NCBI GenBank assembly: GCA_030141605.1
Contig: JAQGDQ010000034.1
Span: 248,001-312,000 of the forward strand
DNA from: Tubiluchus corallicola
Taxonomy: Eukaryota > Animalia > Priapulida
DNA: 64,000 bases
Direction of reading: 5' to 3'
Made by a program: the position numbers and the translations under genes. Positions 1 through 13,419 of this stretch are shown here, piece by piece. Under the pieces are notes generated by a model. The model ran no database searches. It had not been told where the DNA came from and was given only the letters and a program-made list of their open reading frames with translations. Positions within the stretch are counted from its first letter, which is position 1, and each line of letters starts with the position of its first letter.

Positions 1-211
1 GGTTCTGATTTGTCAAGCACTGCCATATTGCAATGATGGGGGGATTATAACTGATACTCTTTATTCTAAAACAGAACAAAGACTGCTCTAAGTCACTTCT
101 ATGCTCACACTGCATACAGGCTCAAGTGGTTCAAACTCACTCCTATCTTAAATGTTGTACATTGCAAGCAGTATTTTCAGTTCGAGTTTAAAAATGTGTG
201 GGTTAATGTGG

Positions 212-330
212 ATGAGCTCATAGCTGAATGGTCACGACATTGTGCTTGGCAATTTGTTAAGAATGGTACTGATGCCGGTCATTTAAAGGATGGTCAATTG
301 TTTGGTTCAATACTCGTTTGAGGCAATTTC
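212..330 (+). mobile_element. Degenerate tRNA-derived SINE head (intronic)
   Basis: A-box-like tagctgaatgg (~220) and B-box-like ggttcaatact (~304); no intact cloverleaf. Confidence 0.3.
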
Positions 331-529
331 ATAGAGGGGAGTGCATTCACATCCGAAGGTAGCTAACATGTTGATTCATTGCCTCTTCTCATACTCTTAA
401 TAATGAAGCAGGTTCTGGTCTCACAACATCCATTTACATTACGTAGCATTGCTGAGCCATTAGGTATTGAATTTCATCTTACCTAATTGTATTTGCTCTT
501 AGTTGCCAGTTTTTAAATTTATTGAGCAG

Positions 530-3500
530 GTTACTGAAGAGAAAGCCGCTTCCAAGACAAAAGGTGTGTCCACACCTCCCGGCAGACTGAAGCCGACGCT
601 GAGGAAGACCGAGCCGAAGAAGCCGGAAGATGTTGAGAAGCCTAAAGCAAAACCAGAGGCGAAGAAGCCTTTGGCTGCGGCACGTCCGCCTCTAAGCAAG
701 CCTTCTGTAAAGGTCAGTTGTGCAATAGCTTGAATATATTTGTTCAGTACTCAGCGAGCACATTTCTGTAATCACATATTGGTTATTTGAATTGTGCCAG
801 ATAGAATTAAGGGATGGCCTCACTCCTCTTTGTCAGAGTCAGGCTCTTCAATCTGTCATTCAGCAGATGTGCTGAGTTGGCTAGTCAGGCTAATTCTTAA
901 ATTCCTTTCATGGGCAGTGTTGTCATTTTTGTGAGCGTAAATTGCAAATTTTTACTAGTAGAAACAATATGATTGTAATTTCTTGCTAACTGCTGTATGA
1001 AGAACCATATCCTTTACCCTGTGCATTAGAAACTGTTAATTGTGCAATAAACTGACATCATCTTACATGTGTGGGGGAGGTTTGTTAGGTGTAGGTATTT
1101 TGCTAGACATGAATTTGATGTTGCTGGTATTTTGTTACTAAGGTGAAGGTTAAACTTGAGGATTTGTTTGAATCGTGAGTTTGAAGGTGTAAATTAGCAC
1201 TAGGTTGCAAGTTTATAAACATTTGTCGTGTGTATCTATAGGTGGTTTCATTGATTATGGTGAAGCCAGATTCGTCTTCAAGCTTTTGTATTAATGGAGT
1301 CACTCCTTGTGGCTTGATAACATGTATACATAATCTTTATTAGCTGCTAATGAGCTCTTTCACTTTTAATGTACCTGCCTGGAGTGATTTAACCCCTTAC
1401 GCTTACTTGCTGGGTCTTTTGAAAACCTAAAAGGCATAATGCATAATTTTTGCCTTATAAGTTTCTAGTATAGTCTTGAAATAGCTGTTTCAATCAACTG
1501 TGTTTTATGTTTGTTCTTAGTGGAGTTAGTGAAATTATGGAAACAGACAATACTCTAAATACCTTTTTAGGAAATAAATTGACGTTTTCTTCGTGTAACA
1601 GTATGTAGATTGAAATGCAGTTGGATTAAACTTAATATGATTAATATGTAGCGTGCTGTAGGGTTACAAGTTTGCATACATGATCATTAATCACAGTCTC
1701 TTGCTAATTACTGTTTGAAGGCAATAACCAATCTTGAAGTCAAGGTGGGTGAGGAACTGTGGGTGCAAATTGCTTTCATGACTCATGGTTAACGAATAGA
1801 CTAACATGTGAACAGTAAATGCAGAGATTATTGTATAATTACCTGATGTAAATCATTTAGTCGAAACTTAGGCCTATTTTTAGATATTCATTCCAAATGA
1901 GGTAATTGATTTTCTTTAGCCTGGTAAGCTCTTTTGAGAGAAAATCTTCTTGCTGTCCAGTGATATTGCTATTGGCTACTATGTTTAATTAAGTAAAAGT
2001 GCCTGCAGCCACTGATATGTCATGATTTGAGTTAGGGATATCCAGCAATGATAATCAATGCAGATCTGCAGACTCAGTTTACGTGTGGATGTGTTAGGTC
2101 ATGCAAGCTTTCCTGGCTTATCAGAGAGAGTGACTCTGAATCATTATTTTTGTGCACCAAATCTTGGAGAGCTCTGTTATTACCTTCTTGTCATTAGGTA
2201 AGTATTTCCTATGTCTTTATGATTTTTACCATTTATTGCAGGAAGAAACTAAAAAACCTGGTGGGCCTCCTGCAAGAGATGTGAAAGCGAAACCTCGTCC
2301 ACCTCTGGGCACAGTTCGAGATGCTAAGAAACCTGTGATTGAAAAGACCCAGGGTAAACCAAAGCCACAGAAACCTCTTGCAAGGAAGGACGAGCAAAAG
2401 CCATCCCCGAAGCAAGCTGGGACAAAAACAGATCGAAATGCAGCAGAAGAAAAAGCCGCGCCATTGATTTCCTTAGAACCAGAAAAAGTAGATGCTGCTC
2501 CGGAGATACCTGATGTGGTTCCTTCACTTGAACCTGTTGGTGTTACGGCTGCAGATGCAGAACCCCCGAAAACAGAAGAGGCTGCACCTGTTAGCTCTCC
2601 TGTACTTAAAGATGAACCAATCCAAGCCATTCCTACAAGTGAAGTACCTCCTACTTCACCAGTGACAGATGAAATTCCTAGTGGTTTCCCAGTAGCAGAA
2701 GATGTACCACCCAGTTCTCTAATAAAACAGGAAATGCCACCAAGTCCCCCAGTAGCAGAGGAAGCGGATGCGGGTTCACTAGTGGCAGAAGTAGAACTTG
2801 CTCCAGTAGCAGACTTACCTGTCCCTGAAACAGAAGAAGTACCTGCTCTAGAGGCAGAAGAAATGCCTTCTCTGGAATCAGAAGTACCATCTTCAAGTAC
2901 ACCCTTAGCAGATGTAGTAACCGAAAGCTCCCCAGTCGAAGACGTACCTGCGAGTTCCCCATTATCAGAAGAGACTCACCAAGTGTCACAAGAAGATATC
3001 GCAGCAACAGAACCTGTTGAAGAAGACTTAAGTGTGCCAGTTGACAATTTGCTAGAACTGGAAAGTCCAGCAAATGAGCCCATTCCTGGTACAGAAGGAG
3101 CAGTTGAAAGTCCAGCACCAGTCGATGATGGACCACTTATTACAGATGAACTAGTCGATGATGCACCTCAACCCGACAGTGTCCCGGTTGATACGCTAGC
3201 TGAAGATTTACTCCAAACTAGAGATGAACACTTAGCTTTTGAGAGTAACAACATAGCAGAAGATTTACACGATGAATTTGCTTACAGGGATGACCAGGTC
3301 TGTGGTAGCAGAAATTCATTTAATACAGTTAAATTTTCAGTGAATTTGAGAATAGTCCTATGAATGGATTTGTTTTCATAAAAATGTTTTAATTTTGTTA
3401 ACCTTGTTGAGGACTGTCTGTAGTAAAGTCTTTAGTGAAATGATGGATAATACTTGCACGAGAATCAAAATCGGTGAAAGAACAATTTTTCTAACGGTTG

Positions 3501-6500
3501 CAACGTGTTTGGAGAATTTTTTTCTAAATTCTTAACTGACACATACTTACAAAATCAGTATTTGCACATATTCTAATGTTTAATCTTGTTATTTCCATTT
3601 TTTAATTCTTGTGCTTGTACATATTCGTGTATAGGTTTCTGCAGAAACTGATGCTGTACAAGCACCTGCAATAGACGAATCTCCCACTGGTGGTGTTGAT
3701 AGCATCTCCTCACCAGGGGGCGAGGTAGGGGGTATCACAGGTATGCATGTTGCACGTTGGGAAGCATGTGGCGCGAATCGGTGGCACATCGACGCATGGG
3801 AAACGGCAGCTGTCTGAATTTTGGTACCTTGGTTGTTCGACTTTCTGAGCATCTAGGCAATGCGATTTACTTTTTAAGTTTTGCGGGTTGTTTTATGTCA
3901 GCTGTTCACATTTTTGTTTCACATAATTTTTACAGAAAAGGAATAGTTACTTAGTATGCACTTGGCTAAGCAATGCCAGACCTGGTTAGTAAATGGATGG
4001 ATTTCCCCCTGCTGTTTCTTTTGGTTTAATAATATATTTTAATAACTATGGGTGATAACAAGCTAGATTCCAGTTCATTAGCATCTACATTAAGCAGACT
4101 GGTAGAGTGCCAATTCAACGTGAAAGGGGGTTGCAAATTCAATGAATTGCCATCAGGAAGGAAAATTAAAAAAATCCATTTAATTTGACCGAACAAGTAG
4201 TTAGTCAGTAAAAACTAGAATTAGAAAACTCCATCCATCCATGTCTTGCTTATTATTGTAAATAAAATTCTCTGAAAATGTTAAATCCACTTGAGAGTGA
4301 AACGCTTAGATCTAACACAAGCAATCAATTGCGTCTTACATGTGCGTTTGATTCTACTACACACATATCACAGTTGTGACGATGTAAACATTGGAGTGCT
4401 TCAACTACTAACAACCATTCAAATGTGTGCAGTGCTCAACTACCATTGTAACACCCCTTTCTGCATGTATCAGTGCATGCCACGTGTGATGAAGTTTGTT
4501 TACTAATGAGACATTTGGTCTTGTGTATCTTAATTACTAAAACTACAGTTTGTGAAAAAAGCAAAAGGCATTCGGTTATAATTTCCTAAGTTGAAGTTGC
4601 GACATAGCACAGCTGTGAGAATTTGCAATCCTATATTTGAAACCGTTAAGCTTTTATTGAAAGAGTGTAATTCAATTATCTGCATAGTCATTGAAACCTA
4701 ATTTGACAATCTGTCATCTAGAAAGTGGTTTATTTTAGGTCCCCCAATAATTACAGCTGAGGCTGTTTGCAAGAAATTTCTATAACAATATACAGTGCTA
4801 GTTTGTAGTACGTATAGCGAAATTCTGTAGTTTTCTTGAATACAAATTTTTAGTTGCCGTGTTACAAACTTGGGCCAAAATGGGATCCCGAAAAGTGCAA
4901 GCTTTTTTCTGGTGTTATGGGAACATTTTTTTCAAGTTTCTGAATTTCTAAATTACAGTTTTCATAGATTTATGGTTAGAGGGCAATTTATTCACTACAT
5001 TATGCCTACGAGTGTTTAATTCATGTTGCAGAACTCTCATTAGTCTTCATATTCCAGTATTCCAAAAAATAACACTATCAAATATAGTAGTGATCTTTCT
5101 TGAAAGCTGACAAAATTTAAGTGGATAAATTTGCCGTTTCAGTTATTATTTTGTGTATCAGACGTTTCTGATGCATCATTCATGTTTCTTTTTACGTCGG
5201 TGTTCCTTCTTTTTGCCTCGCTGCTTTTTGTTATATATAATTAAAGACATGAGGTTTTCTTTCGTGACAACACCGTTGTCATTATGTTGAAACAGCTATC
5301 AGAAAAGTGGCTTTTGATTTTACATTTTACTTGATTTTGGTTTCAATGCAGCTTTTATGCATGTCTAACTGTTATGTATAATATCGTTAATATGACAAAT
5401 TGCCTGGCCGTAACATACTAACTTTTTTTAATACATTGCTTATTGTATTGCTTGATAATCTAAGACATTTTATTGGAAATGTTTATTTAATGTAAAACCT
5501 ATAATGTTCAGATATCATCATGAAAATTTACTCTGTCTGTGAATTTTACAACTTAATTAAGCAAATTTTCTGTGCATAAACAAATCATTTCCACAATTTT
5601 GTTGTGGTGGCTCACATTTATTATATTCTGGTTGTATAATACTTGAATTTTTTATTGCAGTTTAATGAAGACGAAGCCATTCGGCATTTAGAAGAACCAG
5701 CAGAAACCACTCCACCAGCTAATGCTAGCAGCAACAAAGACAGCAATCTTGGAAGTCACATTATAGCCGATGCCAAAAAACAATTAGATGATTTTGAGCA
5801 ACATTTAGATGAAGGTATAATGACCACAAGTGTCTATGGTAGTTTTCTAAATAACGACAATGCAACATTAATTAACACTGTATCAGAAACTGATGAAACG
5901 GTAGTAAGTAAACCAACAGCAGATCTTGATGCCATAGAATCGGAAGCTGTCGCTGATCTAGGTGACTTTGTTCTCGACAGCGACCAGATTTTGTTGCATT
6001 CGGGTATGGATGCTGCCGGTGACATGGGGAGTAATTTTGAGCAGGATGTACAAGATGGTGTAGCAAAGATGTCGCTGTCGAGCAGACAGGATGCTGGTGC
6101 CATTTCAGCACTAATTGATGAATTCACATCAGCTGTAGAGGCACCAAATGTTGCAGATAGAGACGGGTCAGCAATGCAGACTGAGGAATCACCATTGATG
6201 CCAACCACGGAAGCTGATGAGGCACTATTGCTGCCTCATGTAAGCGACAACATCAATAGTATGACATCTAAAGATGTTGACGAGGCTGAACTTATAAATG
6301 AAGGTTATAAGAAAGATGATAGCATTCCCTTTAGTGATTTGTCATCCGACCAGGATGACAGCACTAATCAGAATGTTCTGGATAATGTGGATGATAAAGG
6401 TGTGAAGCAGCACGATGGAGACTTTTCGGCAACAACCGATGCACCTGTCAGTGATCTCACAACACACTGTGATGACATCATAAACGCGAACGAAATACGG

Positions 6501-6764
6501 GCTGTCGCCGATCACATCGTGAACACTCAGATTGATGATGCTGCTCGTTTAGCGTGGGAAGACATGGCTGGCCTGCCTGCTCAGAAGTACTTCAACGATT
6601 TGGAGGATCAGATGCTTCTGCACATGCCTGCCGAAGAAGAAACATCAGACAAACTTAGCACTGAAATTGCAGAATCTGGTGCAGAAGTCACCGAACCTTG
6701 CATTGAAATCACCGAACCTAAACCACTATTACCCGATGATTCGCCATCTGACATTGTCACCTGA
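530..6764 (+). CDS. 3' part of a large intrinsically disordered protein (Lys/Pro-rich basic segment then long Glu/Asp/Pro-rich acidic tail; MAP-like composition); 5' exons lie upstream of the window
   Basis: Phase-0 exons with canonical sites: 530-712 (gagcag|GTT...AAG|gtcagt), 2242-3297 (ttgcag|GAA...CAG|gtctgt), 3635-3724 (gtatag|GTT...GAG|gtaggg), 5661-6764 (ttgcag|TTT...TGA). They join in frame and explain ORFs 503, 2152 and 5643. Followed by a T-rich putative 3'UTR with AATAAA near 9810. No recognisable domain, so the product is inferred from composition only. Confidence 0.75.
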
Positions 6765-9700
6765 TCTGCTGTGGTATCCCAGAGTCCCACACTTTTGCAC
6801 TTGTTAATAATTATGGTTTAATTTAATTATTTATTCTTTACAGCATGATTCTTAATCGTGTATTCACTTGCACACTTGTTTGAATTATTATAAATTTGTT
6901 TATTTTGCTGAATTCGTACCTAAAATTCATGCTAAGTGAATGTGATTCTCCTATACATGTAGTTTTGTTGTGGAAATAATAATTGCTAGTGTAAACAAGT
7001 GAGCAATGAAGGAGGGACAATGATAGTTATATGTGGCTCTTGTTAGCTGCTGTGAATAACTGCATTATCAGTTGCAAAATATACTAATGAATATGCTTTG
7101 CAAAATACCTTTTTTATTATCTACACGTGCATCTCTGTTAGTGTAGTACCAAGTGCTTTTAAGTTAATGGTGAATTCACTCATTAGGCAGGTAAAATATC
7201 TTTTGTTGTTCACCGAAACGTTTCACATTTATCGTTCGTGTTTGCCTCAGACTGATGTGGTTTATCGGTGAGTTTAAAAATATTCATTCGCCAGTGAATT
7301 GAACTGACCAACTTGGCATTTACTACGTATTATAATTGGTCGCAAGCTGCAGCCTTGCTTTTTTCATTATTGGTAGCCATGGTAATCATGGTGCCATGAC
7401 AGTTCGTGTAGATCTAAGCAGATATAACATTTAGTAATGATAACATTTGATGATATATACAGCTATTCTGCACTATTGAGATTATAATAAATTATAAAGA
7501 TCTGCAAGGCTCGCACTATTTGAGCAGTGGCTGCAACTATCAGCCTGTTTACACTGTACGATGTTTCCTCAAACTGATAAAAACGTAATTGGATATTTTG
7601 ATTTTGTAGAACATATTGTGGCAGTCTTATTCTTAACTAATTTACAACAATTACTTTGTTTTTGTTGTAGTTTTCCGTTACTACCTACATCTGTTTTGCT
7701 GTTTTAATTAGGTGTGGAAAAGATTTCTTCGTTCATGAAAAACTTGTTCAAGTAGTATCCAGGCACAGTCAATCAATAATCGTGTATATAGGGGTGAGTT
7801 AAGAGTTGTCAGGGACTAGCATGCTTCTGCAATGATTGTTGGGTGACCGTGGTCGTGGTTATTGACTAGGTTGTTTTACAAAGTTTAGTTTGTTAAGGAT
7901 TAAAGCTTGTATTTGTATATAAATTTCTATTTTTTTGTTTTGTTTTCAAGGCTGTTGAAGTCTCTTTGTATGATTTAGATAAATGGTGATGCTTTGCAGT
8001 ATCTGAGACTGGTTGTAGTTTTTCGAATTAAGTTTGTACCTGCAGGTTTTTTGGAGCAAATTTTGGCATTTAAATTTTCGATATGGCATATCAGATCTCG
8101 GTAGGGTTATGTGCATGATTTGTGCCTTGGCGAGTTTTTAGTTTGCAGTTTATCGTGAGGACAATCATCAACATTTTCATTTACTTTAAACATGGAAATA
8201 ATTTATATTGCATTTCATTTACATGTTATAAGTGAACTGAAAAATAGTGGTATAATTAGCATCAGTAGTTTGCTGCACAAATTAAAATTGCACATTTTAC
8301 AGTATATCTTTCCATTGTGCTCACAAATGGTGCATTTGTTCACAGTTCAGTGACATTTTTGTGTGTTATTATAATTATAATTATGTTAATCGCTAGGCAT
8401 CTGTCTGTATGATGTATCTGTTAGGTTTGGAGTGGCACCCAGCTCTCTCACAGAGTGGCCTTCTGTTTGCAAGAAATTTTGAACGACAATATCTTTGATC
8501 GTCAGCATTCGTAATGATGGACATTGTTTATCATAGTATTTAAATAATTTTTTATGTAATTTCTTTGTCTTTCACCTTTTTTCCTTAAATTATCCTATAT
8601 GATAATTAAGGTACTTGTGATTGTGGTCTTATGCACAGGTTTAAAACACCATAAATTCAGGTAGATTTCTTCTAATTGCACATGCCTTGAACTAAGATGT
8701 ATCATAGCTTAGCTACTTCAGTCAATATTATTGTGATAGACAGGGTACCAGAAAACTGATTATTGCAAAAATCTTGTGAAATTCTAAACCTGATTTAGAT
8801 TCAACAAGTGCTTTGAAATGACAGACCGTGTGTAATGTTCTTATTCTTATTCTTGCGATGCTTTGTAGTTTCTAGAAATAAGGTTACAAGGTATAGTTAA
8901 ACAATCAGTTTATTGTATGAATGTGCAGCCTACATGTTACAAATAATTTGGCATTGTTTTTAAAGCATTGTTTGATCCATTGTTTGTTGGTTACAGTTGT
9001 AAGTACATGTATTATTTTGCAGTGATTATCAGTACAGAGTTATAACTGTAAGTGTAAGTCTTTGTACAAAGGCACCTTCAAGTATTATTTGTTTTAATTC
9101 ACCTATAGTTGAATACAGTTGGATTGGTGGATTGCATACCGTTCACTTGTACTGTGCTTATACTTGGGTTTGCGATTCACAGTGACCAATCTCACACCCA
9201 ATAGGCCAGACTAGCCTGCCTTTATTATTACAGCTAACTACACAAAAATCTATTGTCTATCTATAGCTGGAATTATAAACTGAAAAATCACTCCCTTGTC
9301 TCTTTGGTTGATCTCTGGCATTTACTGGTGAGCTTTATATGACACTTGACTGACTATCAATAACAGTGCAACAGTTATGACATTAATCATTTTATGATAA
9401 CACGTATTGTATATTCACGACATTTGCTGGTATAGAAAGTTGAAATATTAGCCTGTTATGTACCCTTATTATTGTACCCGTACCTTAAGTAAATATAATG
9501 CTAAGGGAAGATAAAATTATAATTTTCTTTCTTGAAGCTTGTAGCTTTGACTTTCAGATGATAAAGTATGACTCATACTTCGTTACTGTCTTGTAATTAT
9601 AAGTACATTTCTGTTCTATCAAACATTTTGTTCCGGAGATTTAATGAAAAACAAGTTGCTTTCACTAACTGTGACTACTTTCACCCATATGATTAGTTTC

Positions 9701-10751
9701 GCTGCTGACAATTATTACAAAAATGTTATTATTGTTATGTTTGATGTTTGGCTGAAAACTTCAACATATGGTTGTACAATTTTTGCTTCATTTTGTGCGA
9801 TATTATGTGAATAAAAATAATTTGATAAAATTACCATTATTGTAATGTTACGCACTGACGCACTCAACCATAAAAAAGTACAACACAAAAGTTTGTAGAT
9901 AAGGATAAGATTATGTTTTGTTATTATGAGGACGCGAATACGCCTACTTTTGAAGTCAGCTTAGATCAAATTGTGCAAACTGTGAATAGATTCAGAACTA
10001 AACGTCTGATCACATCTGGGCACTGTATTACCAGGTTACTGTTCTCGATAACATTACAATAATTGATTTAGATTCAGATTGGGATTTATTTCTCACAAAA
10101 AGCAATGTACAGTCAATGATATGAGACAATAATTACAAAATCACATGCCAAAAAAACTAATTGTTTGCAATAAAATATTATACTTCAATGTGTGGTGAAA
10201 GAAAATCTTGCATAATAATTTTATTGTCACAGTGTTTATGTTCAGTTCAGGCTGCTTTTCATTACACATGGCGGTATTAGCAGAACGGTGAAAGAACTCA
10301 TTTAATATTGAAAAACAAGAAAGAATTTGTAACGGTACAACAACAAAAAATAGCTAAGAATAGATTGGTGCATCTGGATATTTATATCTGGTGAAATTGT
10401 TAAAATGTTTTCAATAACAGATGGCTTTACTGGTTTATAATAATTATTATTTTAAACATATGTATTGAGGTTTGCTGATTTATGCAACTACATGTACATT
10501 TACATTTCTAGTTCACACGTAGCTTGCACTAAAGCATGCAAATAAAAAGCTGTTATCACACATAGCCTATACAAGTCAGATTTTAACAGACAGAGGTCAC
10601 AGCAGAGCGATATTAGTAATATAAGTAGCATTTAAACATAGCGACAAAGGTTTTTAGTATGGACTTGTTCCTTGTCATGTACAACGATTGTTCCTGTCTA
10701 CTTATGTAGCCATGTGTTTATTACTTCTCAATATCACGTCTGCTGAAATTA

Positions 10752-11627
10752 CGAAAAGTGCACCATGTAAAGCCGCACGAAATTTTGGAACTCACTCTAT
10801 AGAGTGCGGCCAACCACTGATAAGACCTAATGACAAATATCGAAACATCCGCTACCTCTCCCGTCACCATTTCCATATACACCACTGAATAACACGTACC
10901 CAATCCTACCACGCTGCCAAACTTGCCACACTGCCAAATGCCAAGCCGCCAAGAGTACCAAGCCGCCAAGAATGCCAAGAGTGCCAAGCCGCCAAGAGTA
11001 CCAAGCCGCCAAGAATGCCAAGCCGCCAAGAATGCCAAGCCGCCGAGAGTACCAAGCCGCCAAGAATGCCAAGCCGCCAAGAGTGCCAAGCTGCCAAGAA
11101 TGCCAAGTTGTTCAACCCTGTGAAGGTTACTGCTTTTGTAACTACCTAGCCAAGTAGTATGGTGGCTAGACAGCTGCATAGCTAGCGAACACAGTGATTC
11201 AGTATATGTCTGTGTGAGTCTGACTAATGCACTGATTCACATTAATAGATTGATTGACAGACGGACAAATTGGCTTCACCCAAATTTACATATATCTACA
11301 TTCATCTAAAGCAGGATTTTTTTAATTCCTAGAGTCATTCACAGACTGTAACAAAACTCAGCCCATCAAACGTGTAGGTAGATCGTGGATGCGAATTATG
11401 GTAAGAATAATGACAGCCTGACAATGACACAGCTTGCCACTCTTGGCAGTTTGGCTAGGATGGATTGTAGAAAGGATGGAAAAAACATTGTAATGTTGTA
11501 AGAGGGGGGGGGTGAAGAAATTTTGGTAATTGTCGTTAGTAGCAAGTCATGAGTGACACCTATGGCTCGTGGCACTCTGTAGAGAGAGTTCCAAAATTCC
11601 ATGCGGCTTTGCATGGTGCACTTCCCG
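10752..11627. mobile_element. Non-autonomous DNA transposon (MITE/foldback) with ~55-bp TIRs and internal GCCAAG tandem array
   Basis: Left end cgaaaagtgcaccatgtaaagccgcacgaaattttggaactcactctatagagtgc matches the reverse complement of the right end (cgggaagtgcaccatgcaaagccgcatggaattttggaactctctctacagagtgc); aaatta direct repeat on both flanks (10746-10751, 11628-11633). Confidence 0.8.
10915..11110. repeat. Tandem minisatellite of gccaagccgccaagaat / gccaagagtaccaa units
   Basis: Directly visible; produces the spurious repetitive ORFs at 10721-11179. Confidence 0.9.
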
Positions 11628-11666
11628 AAATTAAAGTAATTTTCATTACTGTTGTGTGTTTTCGGT

Positions 11667-11683
11667 TATTATTATTATTATTA

Positions 11684-11753
<70 letters not shown>
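11667..11753. repeat. (TTA)n microsatellite
   Basis: Directly visible. Confidence 0.95.
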
Positions 11754-11756
<3 letters not shown>

Positions 11757-13419
11757 GTTTGACATATCTCGTGCTTTCTATTTTCCTCTGATGGCACGCG
11801 AGTAGGAGCACTAATCAAAATGTAAAAAAATCAATAGGTGTAAAATTGTTAAAATACGCATTGCTTGGCGTCTGCTCTGCTGTACATTCGGCAGATGATC
11901 AGTGGTATTTACGCAGTGTCTAGTTTTTTTACTGGATTAACAGTTTATTTTTATCTGTCCAGAGGACAACTTCTATTTTAAAATTCTGTTTACCGAATGC
12001 CTATAATGGACGTAATTAGCGTATGATGATTTCCTTACATTAATTCCTTTTGTGGCTTTGTGTAGATTTATATGACACTGCAAACAACAAGACACGACTA
12101 AACTATTTTGTTATTGTGAACTTATCAAATTAATTTATTCGTTATTGAAATGTTTCGCCATTGCTTACTCTCCAAAAAGCATTCTTAAATTGTGATTGCT
12201 TGTGATCTCGATGAACAGTAAGAGATGGACATTGAGTCTCTCTGAGTGTCAAAGTGTCAGATCATTCAGTCATTCACTAGTACTAGTAGATATGCATTAA
12301 TTTGTATTAATTCTCCATACATATTTAAAAAGAAATTTTTATATTGAAGACTTGTCCATCTCTAAGAGTTTCTTTTTTATCTGGAAAAAAGGTGTAGGGC
12401 CTACACATTACGTATTTCAATTTAAATTTTTTGCCCTCCAAAAGTTCTGAAGGTTTTTGGCTTGCCTGAATTTTTGGCATTGATACGTCAGACTTTTCAG
12501 GTTACTATTACCATTATGCGTTCCATGTTGAAGCACAATCTGATCTTCATCTGAGTTTCTGCACATATGCCAAAAATTAGTTTCATTCCAGCTGTATACT
12601 GGATATAGTTATCCTATTACTTGAAGCTGTTATTCATCATAAATTAAATTTGTGTGCTTCCATCTGGTCATAACCATTTCCGTCATTTCTGCAACATATA
12701 CCCTACCAGCCTCTCTGACTGATAACCTTGCCAATGTACCATTTTATTCAACACAGGCTGTCATCCTAGATCTAACGTTTGAAGTCTGTAGTGTCTCTGA
12801 TTCCACGCTGAACTGAAGTTACTTGATTTACCAACATGGAAGTTCTTGACATATAAATTCGGTCTTACCACAGACTAATAGTTACAGCAGATGTTACAAA
12901 CAGACTGAGGCGTGTATCTCTGGCTAATCCAGTTACTTAATTTGTTTTAACTTCTTTGTTCAGCATCTTAATAAGTTTCACGTTTATGCTGCATTCTTTC
13001 AAATCAGAGTTGTCAACTACTAGTATTGTTATACCTACATTTAAATCAGCAATCTTGGGCTGTTCAAGAAAAACCCCATGAATTTCTTCAAATAATGACT
13101 CCATTATGGCTGTCACTGACTAATCGACTAATTAGTGACCACAGGGCAACTTAATAAGAAAAACATTTGCCTCATTATATAAATGATTACGTTAGTTTCA
13201 CAGGCCAAAGGTATTCAAGAATCACTCCTAAGCTATTATTAACCATATGTGGGAGCCCAGTTTTTCATAATATATGGCTTCTTAATCACTTCTTTGTTAT
13301 TTTTACAGATGTACAGATAAGATAAAACGTTTCAACTGCAGCTTAGAATTTAAAACATAATGCCAGTTTGGGACAGAAACAAGTTAGTGTCCACACTACC
13401 AAAGAGTCTATGATATAAT

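Noticed and set aside
7210-7272. Hammerhead-like hairpin in the putative 3'UTR
   Set aside because: Core reads CTGATGT and stems I/III are not convincing.
10915-11110. GCCAAG array as a CRISPR array or coding repeat
   Set aside because: No unique spacers, no cas genes, eukaryotic context; lies inside a TIR element.
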